Below are positions 30,380-39,287 of a DNA stretch of 64,000 nucleotides, piece after piece. The position numbers and the translations under genes were made by a program. How positions within the stretch are numbered: the first letter of the stretch is position 1; the number at the start of each line of letters is the position of its first letter. A model generated the notes under the pieces. The model made no database searches and was not told the origin of the DNA. It saw only the letters and a list, made by a program, of their open reading frames with translations. Source of the stretch: Parcubacteria group bacterium (GTDB lineage: Bacteria; Patescibacteriota; Minisyncoccia; Moranbacterales; UBA11712); the NCBI GenBank assembly GCA_041659065.1, contig JBAZYY010000001.1, positions 274,228 to 338,227 of the forward strand, written 5' to 3'.

Positions 30380-31486
30380 CTATATTCTTTCACATTTTTT
30401 GGATATATTCAACAATATTCCGACTCCTACCATGACGAAGACAATCGAGGTCCCGCCGTAGCTGATAAAGGGAAGAGTCACGCCCGTCAGGGGCATTAAA
30501 CCTGTTATTGCGGATATGTTTATAAGCGCCTGAAATATTATCCAGGAGGTCACGCCTACCGCGACTAATTTGCCGAACATATCAGGAGCATTTCTGGCGA
30601 TCTTAAGGCCCCTCATTGCCAGAGCCAGGAATAAAAGGATGAGAACTATCGCGCCTATCATACCGATTTCCTCGCACACAATGGCAAAAATTGAATCTCC
30701 GACCGGCTCAGGCAGATAATTGAATTTCTGCCGGCTGTGCCCTAATCCTAAGCCCCAAAAACCCCCCGACCCGATTGCCAGAAGCGCTTGGTTGATTTGA
30801 TAGCCAATTCCTCTCGGGTCCAATTCCGGATGCATAAAAACCAGCAGCCGGTTCATTCTGTATGATTCGAATTTAACCAGCATGTAAAAAGCAAGCGATC
30901 CCAGGCCGAACATCGACGCCAGATGCGATATTTTTGCGCCGGATACGAAATATATAGCCAATGATATAATTAAAATAATACCCAGCGTTCCCATATCCGG
31001 CTGTTTGATGATCAAAAATCCCACCATGCCGATTATCGCCAAAAAGGGGATGAATCCCTCAAAAAGATCCGTCCTTTTTTCATTTCTTCCTTCCAGCCAA
31101 GCCGCCAGATACAGAATCATCGTAAGCTTCAACATTTCCGAAGGCTGAAAAGAGAAAAATCCCAGCCGAATCCAGCGACTCGCCCCTTGAAAGTTAAGTC
31201 CGGCTCCCGGAATAAAAACCAGTATCAAAAACAAGATGTTGACCGCAAACAGGACAAGCGCAAACTTTTTCCAGAAATGATAGTCTATTTTTTGCACTAT
31301 AAACATCAGTAAAAGCCCCGGCATGACTCCATAGAAAAGCTGGTGCTTAAAAAAATAGTACGGATCCCCAAACCTGTTTTGGGAATAGGCGATACCCGCC
31401 GATGATAAAATCACCAAACCAAAAACGATCAGCGCGAACACCGAGATTATTAAAATTTGATCCGGTTTTTTTTCCTTGGATTTCAT
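30380..31486 (-). CDS. ftsW: SEDS peptidoglycan polymerase FtsW
   Basis: GASRWI, QPSE, QPDMGT, GYQINQ, LPEPVGDSIF and LPFISYGG; upstream of murG. Confidence 0.94.
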   Translation of the reverse strand: MKSKEKKPDQILIISVFALIVFGLVILSSAGIAYSQNRFGDPYYFFKHQLFYGVMPGLLLMFIVQKIDYHFWKKFALVLFAVNILFLILVFIPGAGLNFQGASRWIRLGFFSFQPSEMLKLTMILYLAAWLEGRNEKRTDLFEGFIPFLAIIGMVGFLIIKQPDMGTLGIILIISLAIYFVSGAKISHLASMFGLGSLAFYMLVKFESYRMNRLLVFMHPELDPRGIGYQINQALLAIGSGGFWGLGLGHSRQKFNYLPEPVGDSIFAIVCEEIGMIGAIVLILLFLALAMRGLKIARNAPDMFGKLVAVGVTSWIIFQALINISAITGLMPLTGVTLPFISYGGTSIVFVMVGVGILLNISKKCERI

Positions 31487-31500
31487 GAGTTGAAAGAATT

Positions 31501-32178
31501 CTAAATTCTATTTATTTTTTTACTGTATTTCTCCCGCCATTTTTCAATTTCCTTGTGATTTCCGCCCATCAAGACCTCCGGCACTTTCCAATTTTGAAAC
31601 TCCGCCGGCTTTGTGTATTGCGGATATTCGAGATAATTTTTCCGGGAAAAAGATTCTTCTTTTGGAGATTCGGCGTTCCCCAGCGCGCCTGGAATAAGCC
31701 GCGTAATCGAATCCACCACTGCCATAGCCGGAATTTCCCCGCCAGTCAATACATAGTCGCCAATCGAAATTTCTTCGTCCACCAAATATTTTGCCACTCG
31801 TTCATCCACGCCTTCATATCGCCCGCAAATCATAATTAGATTATCATATTTTTTCAGTCTCTTTACATCGCTTTGAGTATATCTTTTCCCCTTGGCGGAA
31901 AAAAGGATAACCCTAGTCTTCCTTAATTTTGAATTTTTAACTTTTAACTTTGAATTTAGAGATTGAAGGCAATCGTAGATTGGTTCAATCTTAAGCACCA
32001 TTCCCGCCCCGCCCCCATACGGCGTATCATCCACTGTCTTGTGTTTGTCAGTCGTATAATCCCGTAGATTGTGAATCTTAATATCGATTATTTTTTTCTC
32101 GCGCGCACGCTTAACAATGCTCTCACTGAAATAAGAATCAAAAATTTTCGGAAAAATTGTGATGATGTGAAAATTCAT
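31501..32178 (-). CDS. trmD: tRNA (guanine-N1)-methyltransferase
   Basis: VDDTPYGGGAGM, CGRYEGVDER, SIGDYVLTGGE and LEYPQYTKP. Confidence 0.97.
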   Translation of the reverse strand: MNFHIITIFPKIFDSYFSESIVKRAREKKIIDIKIHNLRDYTTDKHKTVDDTPYGGGAGMVLKIEPIYDCLQSLNSKLKVKNSKLRKTRVILFSAKGKRYTQSDVKRLKKYDNLIMICGRYEGVDERVAKYLVDEEISIGDYVLTGGEIPAMAVVDSITRLIPGALGNAESPKEESFSRKNYLEYPQYTKPAEFQNWKVPEVLMGGNHKEIEKWREKYSKKINRI

Positions 32179-32182
32179 ATTT

Positions 32183-32707
32183 TTATCTGTAAATTCTGTA
32201 TTCAACTTCCCTCATTGGCTTTCCCTTGGCGTTTTTGCCTTCAAATTCCTGAATCACAACGCCGCCCAAACGTTCCGGTATTTTTCTGCTTGCGATATTA
32301 TCGACCACGACCGGATATTTAAGATAGTCATAATCCAGGTTCTCATCGGCCCATTTTTTTATGGCCGCGATGGCTTCTTGACCGTATTTATTTCCATGCG
32401 CGGATTTTTTCAGCCAAATTCCCAGTTCCGGATTTTTTTTATTAAGATCATGCAGGCCGGCACAGCCGAGAAACTCTTTGCTATCCCCCAGCAATACGAC
32501 AAACTGCAGATTGCTTCCGCTTTTCATTTCCTTCAGAGATTTGTTTATGAAATCTTGAGTCTCCGCGATCTCCGCGGGTGACTGAGGAAACATGTGGATA
32601 GCAATTTCATCAGTAAACTCCCTGAAAATAATTTCGGCGTATTCCAAAGATATTGGTTCCAGTAATAGTCTGCCAGTTTTTAGCTTAATTTTCAATAGAT
32701 CTTTCAT
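32183..32707 (-). CDS. GNAT family N-acetyltransferase (RimJ/RimL-like)
   Basis: TGRLLLEP, ELGIWL...HGNKYGQEA and NIASRKIPERLG. Confidence 0.88.
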   Translation of the reverse strand: MKDLLKIKLKTGRLLLEPISLEYAEIIFREFTDEIAIHMFPQSPAEIAETQDFINKSLKEMKSGSNLQFVVLLGDSKEFLGCAGLHDLNKKNPELGIWLKKSAHGNKYGQEAIAAIKKWADENLDYDYLKYPVVVDNIASRKIPERLGGVVIQEFEGKNAKGKPMREVEYRIYR

Positions 32708-32792
32708 TTTTCTTTTTTTCTGGTCTTAAATACATCTAAGGTTGTTTCTGATTTATTTCAGTCTTGGATTTCAATCCTCTGCGGAAATGATT

Positions 32793-33254
32793 TTATGTTT
32801 TTTCCCAGCCATATTCACTGTAGAAAATATTTTTTCGGATGCAATTGATTGCTTGCCTGACGCACGGAATAGTGTTTTCGGGAAGTTTATCCAGCGGAAA
32901 CCATTTTAGATCGTCACATCTATGCGGCTCCAGGTTGCAAGGCTCGCCTTTCCATTTTTGGGCTCTTATAAAAACATCCACTCTTTCTTTCAGTTCGACG
33001 GGATTTGCCTTTTCATATCGATTCATCAAGTGAACGACTTTCATGTCTCCCTTTCTTATTTCCAGACCGGCTTCTTCTTTTGCCTCACGGGCAAGGGTTT
33101 GCCTGAAGGTTTCATTGCCATCGAGGTGTCCCGCTACCAGGCTGTAATTGCCGTCGTTATACCCAGTATTGAATCGCCGAAGCAAAAGGATTTTATCGTC
33201 CTTAAACAGGATGAGATATGCGGCGGGAACAATTCTAAATCTGTCTTTGCTCAT
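32793..33254 (-). CDS. NUDIX hydrolase
   Basis: GHLDGNE...LAREAKEEAG Nudix box and NLEPHRCDDLKWF. Confidence 0.92.
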   Translation of the reverse strand: MSKDRFRIVPAAYLILFKDDKILLLRRFNTGYNDGNYSLVAGHLDGNETFRQTLAREAKEEAGLEIRKGDMKVVHLMNRYEKANPVELKERVDVFIRAQKWKGEPCNLEPHRCDDLKWFPLDKLPENTIPCVRQAINCIRKNIFYSEYGWEKT

Positions 33255-33262
33255 AGGTTTTT

Positions 33263-33346
33263 TTATCCCCCGCCGAAATTACGTATTTCCTGTCCGCCTA
33301 TGGATGAAAATACGTATTTTTCTCTCCTAAAGTTCGAGTTTAGGAA
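33263..33346. repeat. Modular repeat copy 1 (motif A + motif B)
   Basis: ttatcccccgccgaaattacgta...tacgta...tcctaaagttcgagtttaggaa. Confidence 0.85.
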
Positions 33347-33376
33347 AGCTTAGGAACGCCTGAGAACCATCGATTT

Positions 33377-33925
33377 TTATGTCTTATATTTTTCTTTTTT
33401 TTCGTCGATTTTTTTCTTCATTTCTTTCAGCCGGCCTTCACAGCGCGCGAGCGTTGGAGCCACACCATAGGCTACTCTCAGAGCATTGAAATGATTCAGG
33501 ATCACGTGGGCGTCCATCACCTTGGGATCTTCGACCTCGTGTTTTAAATTATTCACCCGGTAAATTTTATTATTCTCTCCCACCAAGAACGTATAAAGTT
33601 TTTCTCCTACGGCCCTTGATTTCCCGATTTTGATATTAAACCCTTTCCGGTTGGCCAAAAGGCATGTCATCGCAGATACCGTAAAACAATTCCAGTTGGC
33701 TAATTTGCTGCCGTTGAAAAGCGCCTGGATATTTTCTTTTTCATCGCGCATAAAGTGCTTGATCTTATCAAACAGTTCAGCTTCGTCGACGTTTTCTATC
33801 CCGCCCTTTCCAAGGTATTCATCAAAATTATTCTCCAATTCGTCGATAATCGGACCGATACTTAATCCATCCTCAAGTTGTTCGGAATATGTTTTTTCTT
33901 CGAGAGTTTCTTTTATTTTTTCCAT
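33377..33925 (-). CDS. Hypothetical protein (possible transglutaminase/papain-like Cys motif)
   Basis: 182-aa ORF with acidic N-terminus and NCFTVSAMTCLLANRKG. Confidence 0.65.
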   Translation of the reverse strand: MEKIKETLEEKTYSEQLEDGLSIGPIIDELENNFDEYLGKGGIENVDEAELFDKIKHFMRDEKENIQALFNGSKLANWNCFTVSAMTCLLANRKGFNIKIGKSRAVGEKLYTFLVGENNKIYRVNNLKHEVEDPKVMDAHVILNHFNALRVAYGVAPTLARCEGRLKEMKKKIDEKKEKYKT

Positions 33926-33940
33926 ATTTTAGAAAATTAT

Positions 33941-34160
33941 TTATCCCCCGCCGGAAATACGTACCTAAATACGTATTAAAAATCCGCCGTTTTTCTTTTT
34001 ACCCCAACATTGAATGTTGGTAGAGGTTGCATATCCCCACTGTGTCATAATCATACGGCCGTGTTTAAGTGATACATTTTCGTTTTGGATATTTGTCTTT
34101 ATTCATTCCTGCCGGAATTATATAATTCTTACCCGCCTATGGAGGAAGTTACGTAATTAT
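33941..34160. repeat. Modular repeat copy 2 (A - linker - C - A'), gene-less form
   Basis: About 175 bp closely match 38922-39110 by eye; contains palindrome C tgtgtcataatcatacggccgtgtttaagtgataca at 34041-34076. Confidence 0.9.
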
Positions 34161-34515
34161 ATTTTTATTCCGACAAAGAATCGGTGGCCAAATTTGGGGC
34201 CCTGCTCCTCTCTGATTATTTCTAGATCATTTTCCGATTCTAAATAACTTTTTACGTTTTCGATATCATCGCCCTTTGGCAGAACATCAACCATGATATC
34301 AGTCATTTCATGCGGAGAATTCTCCATATCAATGACAAAGATTGAATCGGTGACTAAGACTTTCAGCTCTTCTCTTAGTTTTAAAATATTTCTCGCTTCT
34401 CTTCCTTGATTGTTTGTTGAGCCGTCTCAATATCTTTTGACGTGTCGTCTTCGCCAGTCAAGCCTTTTATCCTTTCGGCTTCCTGCAGAGATTTTTCGAG
34501 TGAATATTGTTCCAT
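34157..34515 (-). pseudogene. Frameshifted hypothetical gene
   Basis: MEQYSLEKSLQEAERIKG...KREIF* continues in the -1 frame as ...NILKLREELKVLV...HRFFVGIKI*. Confidence 0.55.
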
Positions 34516-34530
34516 ATAATTTTTTGTTAA

Positions 34531-34627
34531 TTATCCCCCACCGGAAGTACCTGCCCGAAATGCTTTTCAAGGCAGGCGGGCGTATTTGAATGCGTAATCG
34601 CATTCCTAAAGTTCGACTTTAGGAATG
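34531..34627. repeat. Modular repeat copy 3 (A with 31-nt hairpin insert + B)
   Basis: ttatcccccaccggaagta[cctgcccgaaatgcttttcaaggcaggcggg]cgta...cattcctaaagttcgactttaggaatg. Confidence 0.85.
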
Positions 34628-35554
34628 TTTAAAAGCTTTATTTAACTCCCTGGAAAATTCTCTGACAGCTTCAATATTTAGATTGAGGCTGTGGCCCAAG
34701 ATATCCCTTGTCATCTGCGCTCTCAACTCTTTTTTCTTCTTCTCAAGATTGTTTTTGATATTGTCAGGCAATTCACTTTGTTTCATCAGCATACCATTGT
34801 TATCCATTGGATGACCATATAGTTTTCTTTCTTCTGGTGACATCAGGTCATATGCAGCCAGAAATCCAATTGAATCCAGGTCAAATCCCCACGACTCGCC
34901 TTCCAGCCGGACATTAAATTCATTGTTAACAAAAGCCAAGCTCAGACCTCTTCCTCTGAGCTGATTCGCAAACCAGCCGTAATTGACCACGTCGTGATAG
35001 GTATCTATCTTCATATTCCTTTCGATCAAAATATTTTTGAGATCCTGTTGAAGCGAAGCAGCTTCTTTTTGAATGTCTGGAGAAAACAAAAAATATACCA
35101 GCCTTGCTGTTCTCCCATTTCCATCCGCAAAAGGATGCGTATATATAATCAAGTTATACATTGTGAGGGCAATGGCTTCATTTTTATTGGGATGATCTCC
35201 ATTTGCGATCACTTTCATTTTCTCAAATGTTTCCCGAAAAATTTCATTTTTGTCTTCCATGTCTGGCGGCATGAGATTCACCAAATCGTCGTACCAACCA
35301 TCTACCAGCTTTACCTTTTTGTTTAGAATTTCTCTCTTTGGTGGCTCAATGTCGTTTATTATTCCATTCGTTCTTTTCATGAGATCCAGAAACCGCTCAA
35401 AATCAGAATTCCGAATCAGCTCGATATATACTTCGCTGCTACCCATGTCCCGTTCTCCAACGGATCTTTTCATGAATGTATAAATTTTGTCCGCCCCCCG
35501 ATTTTTCCTGTCTGCAGACTCCTGCTGCTGCTCTTGAAAGTCCTCCAATAACAT
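34619..35554 (-). CDS. Fic domain protein
   Basis: Canonical HPFADGNGRTAR motif; stop codon lies inside palindrome B. Confidence 0.9.
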   Translation of the reverse strand: MLLEDFQEQQQESADRKNRGADKIYTFMKRSVGERDMGSSEVYIELIRNSDFERFLDLMKRTNGIINDIEPPKREILNKKVKLVDGWYDDLVNLMPPDMEDKNEIFRETFEKMKVIANGDHPNKNEAIALTMYNLIIYTHPFADGNGRTARLVYFLFSPDIQKEAASLQQDLKNILIERNMKIDTYHDVVNYGWFANQLRGRGLSLAFVNNEFNVRLEGESWGFDLDSIGFLAAYDLMSPEERKLYGHPMDNNGMLMKQSELPDNIKNNLEKKKKELRAQMTRDILGHSLNLNIEAVREFSRELNKAFKHS

Positions 35555-35611
35555 GTCAATTGAAATTTAATTATCTAATAACGAAAGCAAGGAAATCTTA
35601 TGCTGATATAC

Positions 35612-36493
35612 TCATCCCGTCGCGATCGGCTTCAAGGGTACAATATAATAACTTAGTTTTTCATGACCAATATCCTCATCTTCGATTCTTGTATCAATCG
35701 TGCGCCTCATCTGACTGATTTCAAGGCGAATTGCCTCTCTTATCCTTTCTGGTGTCGCGTGTTTTAAAACAGACAGGCGAAGTTTCTCTTCATCTTCATT
35801 TGAAAAATCAAGTTCTTCCTTTGAAATCTTGTTGAGCACTTGAAACCACAATGCAATTTCCTTTATTGGCGAATCATCTGATGATCTTTCAGGATGCTCC
35901 AACCTTATGACAACAGCTTCATCGTGCCTCGCGTATTTTTTCCAGTACTTTTCAAAAAAAGCTAGGATAGCTTGCTCTTCTTGTGGTTGCAAATTTTTGC
36001 GTCCGTATTTCAATTCCTCTTCGCTTCTGTTTTTCCATTTTTCTATCCGCATTTTCAAATATTTGAGAGCATCTTCATAATTTCTGTTTCTGAAAGACTG
36101 CTCGTGTGAAAATTTCGAAGTAAACTGGTCAAACCATTCAGGTGAACCTTCGGCATAGCTATAAGCGGCTTCCGCATCTCCCGTAACAAATATCTTGTCC
36201 TCACTATTCAGCTTATACCACCCGAAAGTCTGCTCACTTTCACCGATTCGCTTCATTATTGAAATCATTTCTTCAATTTCGTTGCACTCAAAATCTCTTC
36301 TCTCTCTGCTTAATCCATGCTCCCTGATGCCCTCAAGCGCACTGAGATTCGTTCCGTGAAAATAAATTTCCATCACGCTTTGCAAAATGCGTTCTGCGAT
36401 GACCAATGATCCTTCAATATTTTCACCGAATTTATTTCCTATGATCCGCTCTGCAAGTTGGATATATACATCCGTAAGCCCGTAGCTATTCAA
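35612..36493 (-). CDS. Hypothetical protein with ADP-ribosyltransferase-like motif; may be the 3' part of a frameshifted gene
   Basis: YFHGT...GIREHGL...IFVT...AYSYA pattern as in PARP/Tpt1-like ART folds. Only a TTG start, overlapping the upstream stop. Confidence 0.6.
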   Translation of the reverse strand: MNSYGLTDVYIQLAERIIGNKFGENIEGSLVIAERILQSVMEIYFHGTNLSALEGIREHGLSRERRDFECNEIEEMISIMKRIGESEQTFGWYKLNSEDKIFVTGDAEAAYSYAEGSPEWFDQFTSKFSHEQSFRNRNYEDALKYLKMRIEKWKNRSEEELKYGRKNLQPQEEQAILAFFEKYWKKYARHDEAVVIRLEHPERSSDDSPIKEIALWFQVLNKISKEELDFSNEDEEKLRLSVLKHATPERIREAIRLEISQMRRTIDTRIEDEDIGHEKLSYYIVPLKPIATG

Positions 36494-36822
36494 GCCTTCG
36501 CTTTTTCCGCCCCATTTGGATATTCTCGAAATTGCGTCTTTTTATTGAAATTGATATTCCCAATGACATCAGGGATATAAGCGGACTCCTTTCCATCCCC
36601 GGTTATGGAAAGTGCGCTCAAGCAGGCTGAAACGGCATGCCTCAGGGCAAGCTTATCCTCACATCTCAAAAATATACCCTGAAACTCCTTCTTCTTCAAG
36701 ATGAGGGGATCTCTGATTGAGTCATTTGAATTTTTCTCTCCTTGATTTGAAGATCCACTTTCTTTTTTCTTCACAGTAGGAGCTCTTGACAGACTTTCTT
36801 TTTTATCAAAAATGTTTCCCAT
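36490..36822 (-). CDS. Hypothetical protein; may be the 5' part of the frameshifted ART-like gene
   Basis: 110-aa ORF starting about 20 nt after motif A. Confidence 0.55.
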   Translation of the reverse strand: MGNIFDKKESLSRAPTVKKKESGSSNQGEKNSNDSIRDPLILKKKEFQGIFLRCEDKLALRHAVSACLSALSITGDGKESAYIPDVIGNINFNKKTQFREYPNGAEKAKA

Positions 36823-36841
36823 AATTGTTGCAATAAAAATG

Positions 36842-37676
36842 TCCCCCGCCAGAAATACCTGCCCGAAATGCTTTTCAAGGCAGGCGGGCGTAATTAATTA
36901 GGTGATTTTTTTGATTCGTAACATTTAGCTTAGAGAGCATTTATTGTGTCATAATCATACGACCGTATTATTGTGATGCAATTATCTTTTGAAAAAATGC
37001 CCTTTAAGGGTGGCTTCATTGTCGATGCTTGTGGTAGTGACTATCCTGACGTAGGGACCGGCCGAATAGAGCGAAACCAATTCCTGAATGGGTTTTTCGA
37101 ACGGATATGGTGAAACAAAGACGCTATGCTGGAGCTTCAAAAATTTGAGTGTCCGCAAATGCTCGCGCAAAATATCACGGAACAGCCGATTTTTCTCAGG
37201 AATGTCAAAAAGGACAAGTCGCCATTTTCCGTCCCAGCGCTTCGGTTTTTTGAATCTAATGGAACTCCCCAGGAGACTCAATATCTTTGCCTCTCGTCTG
37301 CCTCTTGTCGTCAGAACCAATCTAAAAGATCCGTCAGGCAACTTCTTCTCTTCAAGCAGCTTCTCTAAAGACAAACGGCGCAAAGAACGGTTGAAATTGC
37401 GCTGGTCTATTTTTTTCCATTCTGACCGCAGCATGCGCAACGTCCGATAATATTGCCGGGGAGACCGGGAAAAACCAAGGGCGAATCCGCCTGAAAGGCT
37501 GAGGAGTATTTTCTTTTGCACCGGGCCGAATTTATACATATTCTCATTGTATCATAATTATACGGCCGTGTTTAGATGATACATTTTTGTTTTGGATATT
37601 TGCCTTCACTCATTCCCGCCGGAATTACGTAATTGGTTACGTAATTCCCCTGAATCCTAAAGTCCGATTTTGGGAA
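36842..37676 (-). mobile_element. Putative gene-bearing form of the repeat unit: A - C' - PaaX/Cas2-like gene - C - A' - B
   Basis: Same terminal motifs as the gene-less copies; palindrome C on both sides of the gene (36945-36980 and 37548-37583). Mobility is inferred only. Confidence 0.5.
36982..37539 (-). CDS. PaaX-like protein (wHTH + Cas2-like domain)
   Basis: SLRRL...LTTRG (wing), then WDGKWRLVLFDIPE...RDILREHL..L.F..LQHSVFVSPY. Confidence 0.85.
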   Translation of the reverse strand: MYKFGPVQKKILLSLSGGFALGFSRSPRQYYRTLRMLRSEWKKIDQRNFNRSLRRLSLEKLLEEKKLPDGSFRLVLTTRGRREAKILSLLGSSIRFKKPKRWDGKWRLVLFDIPEKNRLFRDILREHLRTLKFLKLQHSVFVSPYPFEKPIQELVSLYSAGPYVRIVTTTSIDNEATLKGHFFKR

Positions 37677-37688
37677 TAACTAGGTTAC

Positions 37689-38471
37689 TTATTTCCGTGG
37701 TTTTTGGATTCCTAAAGATCTCAATGTCGCCAAGATTTTTTTCTTTATCTCAGCGACTGTCTTGAATTCCAGTCTGAAGTCATTCTCGTCTTTTCTATCT
37801 TTATTTCCATAAGCCGTATTGTGGCGAGTATGTATATTGCCTCTTGATCCCGTATCGTGAACATACAAATGCGACCAGGCATGTGAAAAGAGTTGCGTTG
37901 CCACAATGTCGAAATGGATTTTGAAATTTTTGTCATTTTTTATTTTTTCCAGCATCATTTGATGATGATCGTCGCTGCCTGCTGCATTATTGCCAGCGCA
38001 TGACAACGCAAAATAAAATATATTATCAAATCCCTGACGGCAATCCTTAATCATTTTGAGCGTCGCCGCTCCTTCACCATCGGATATTGTTTCATCGACG
38101 AAAAAAACTTTTTTATTCGCCAAATGGCCGACATTATTCTCGATCAAGGATTCATTTAATAAGGTCATGTTTATGTACGCCATTTTTAGATTTTCATCAT
38201 TAAAAAACTGAATTTCAGGCATTTTCTGCAAATTCATTTCCTGGAGATATTTTTTCATGGGAGTTCCGAACATGCGCGCGCCTTTATCCAAAAAGACAAT
38301 TACGTCCGGTTGCTCCTTAAAAATATTAACAACTAAGTCCTTAAGAGCTGGCCGAATAAGCTCCAGATCGGATTCGGCCTCTTTGATTGCATCCTCGTAC
38401 AGATTTGCCAGCAGTTCCTGTTTTTTTTGATCAGTTAAGGTGTTTTTTCTTTCTATTGCGTTTCCTTCCAT
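37689..38471 (-). CDS. Phosphoribosyltransferase-like hypothetical protein
   Basis: IVFLDKGARMFG and KVFFVDETISDGEG resemble type I PRTase PPi and PRPP loops. Confidence 0.65.
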   Translation of the reverse strand: MEGNAIERKNTLTDQKKQELLANLYEDAIKEAESDLELIRPALKDLVVNIFKEQPDVIVFLDKGARMFGTPMKKYLQEMNLQKMPEIQFFNDENLKMAYINMTLLNESLIENNVGHLANKKVFFVDETISDGEGAATLKMIKDCRQGFDNIFYFALSCAGNNAAGSDDHHQMMLEKIKNDKNFKIHFDIVATQLFSHAWSHLYVHDTGSRGNIHTRHNTAYGNKDRKDENDFRLEFKTVAEIKKKILATLRSLGIQKPRK

Positions 38472-38571
38472 AGCTATGTATCGATTTTTATACAAGCGAG
38501 TCTTTTACCCACTTTAGGAATTCCAGATTTTCATAGAATTTTCTAACATTAAATGTGAGAACGGGTTACTC

Positions 38572-38904
38572 CTAAATAACATTGTACGGTCCTCCGATGT
38601 TGAGTAGATCCGCAAAAAATACAAGAATTGGGGTCAAAATAAAATATAGGCCGAGCAGCCAAAAAATCCACCGCAAAATGTGTCCTTTTCCACCTTCTTT
38701 ATAAATTATCCAGTATATCCTTACGCAAAGAATAAGGATAAACAAAACCGCCAATTCGATCGCTGCGTTCGGGCCATGGATGGTCATGAAACATGCCGCA
38801 CAAAGCATTATGGAAAAGATATAAGTATAGAAAATGGCCACTATATAAAACAAGACAAGCGTTAGCAGCGCATAGCCGATAAATCTTAGGATTGGTTTCT
38901 TCAT
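38572..38904 (-). CDS. Hypothetical 3-TM membrane protein
   Basis: Hydrophobic 110-aa ORF starting about 18 nt after motif A. Confidence 0.65.
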   Translation of the reverse strand: MKKPILRFIGYALLTLVLFYIVAIFYTYIFSIMLCAACFMTIHGPNAAIELAVLFILILCVRIYWIIYKEGGKGHILRWIFWLLGLYFILTPILVFFADLLNIGGPYNVI

Positions 38905-38921
38905 ATTTTTTGTTTAAAAAT

Positions 38922-39149
38922 TTCCCCCCCGCCGGAAATACGCAATCGAATACGTAATAAAAAATCCGTCGTTTTTCTTTTTACCCCGACATTGAATATT
39001 GGTAGAGGTTACATATTCCCATTGTATCATAATTATACGGCCGTGTTTAGGTGATACATTTTTGTTTTGGATATTTGTCTTTATTCATTCCCGCCGGAAT
39101 TACGTAATTAAATATGTATTTCTTTTATTCCGAAGTTTGACTTTAGGAA
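38922..39149. repeat. Modular repeat copy 5 (A - linker - C - A' - B), gene-less form
   Basis: Near-duplicate of 33941-34125; C at 39023-39058; B at about 39128-39149. Confidence 0.9.
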
Positions 39150-39262
39150 CGGTTAAGCCATTCTACGCGCTTTTGCAAATAGTGTTTGTCGTAAAGGCCA
39201 GTTTCTGCGATTTTATCTGCCAATGATTTTAGTTTCTCTAATATATAACTGTGTGTTTTTTT

Positions 39263-39287
39263 ATTCCTAAAGTCGGACTTTAGGAAT
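39263..39287. repeat. Palindrome B, best-conserved copy
   Basis: attcctaaagt-cgg-actttaggaat. Confidence 0.85.

Noticed and set aside
31735-31755. Motif A resembles the trmD segment encoding YVLTGGE (tatgtattgactggcgggg)
   Set aside because: The match is short, needs a gap and mismatches, and does not extend. Treated as probable coincidence.
34014-34247. Similar plus-strand ORFs at 34014 and 38999 (MxEVxYxHCxIIIRPCL)
   Set aside because: Their similarity comes from the DNA repeat; they have TTG starts, no SD and divergent ends.
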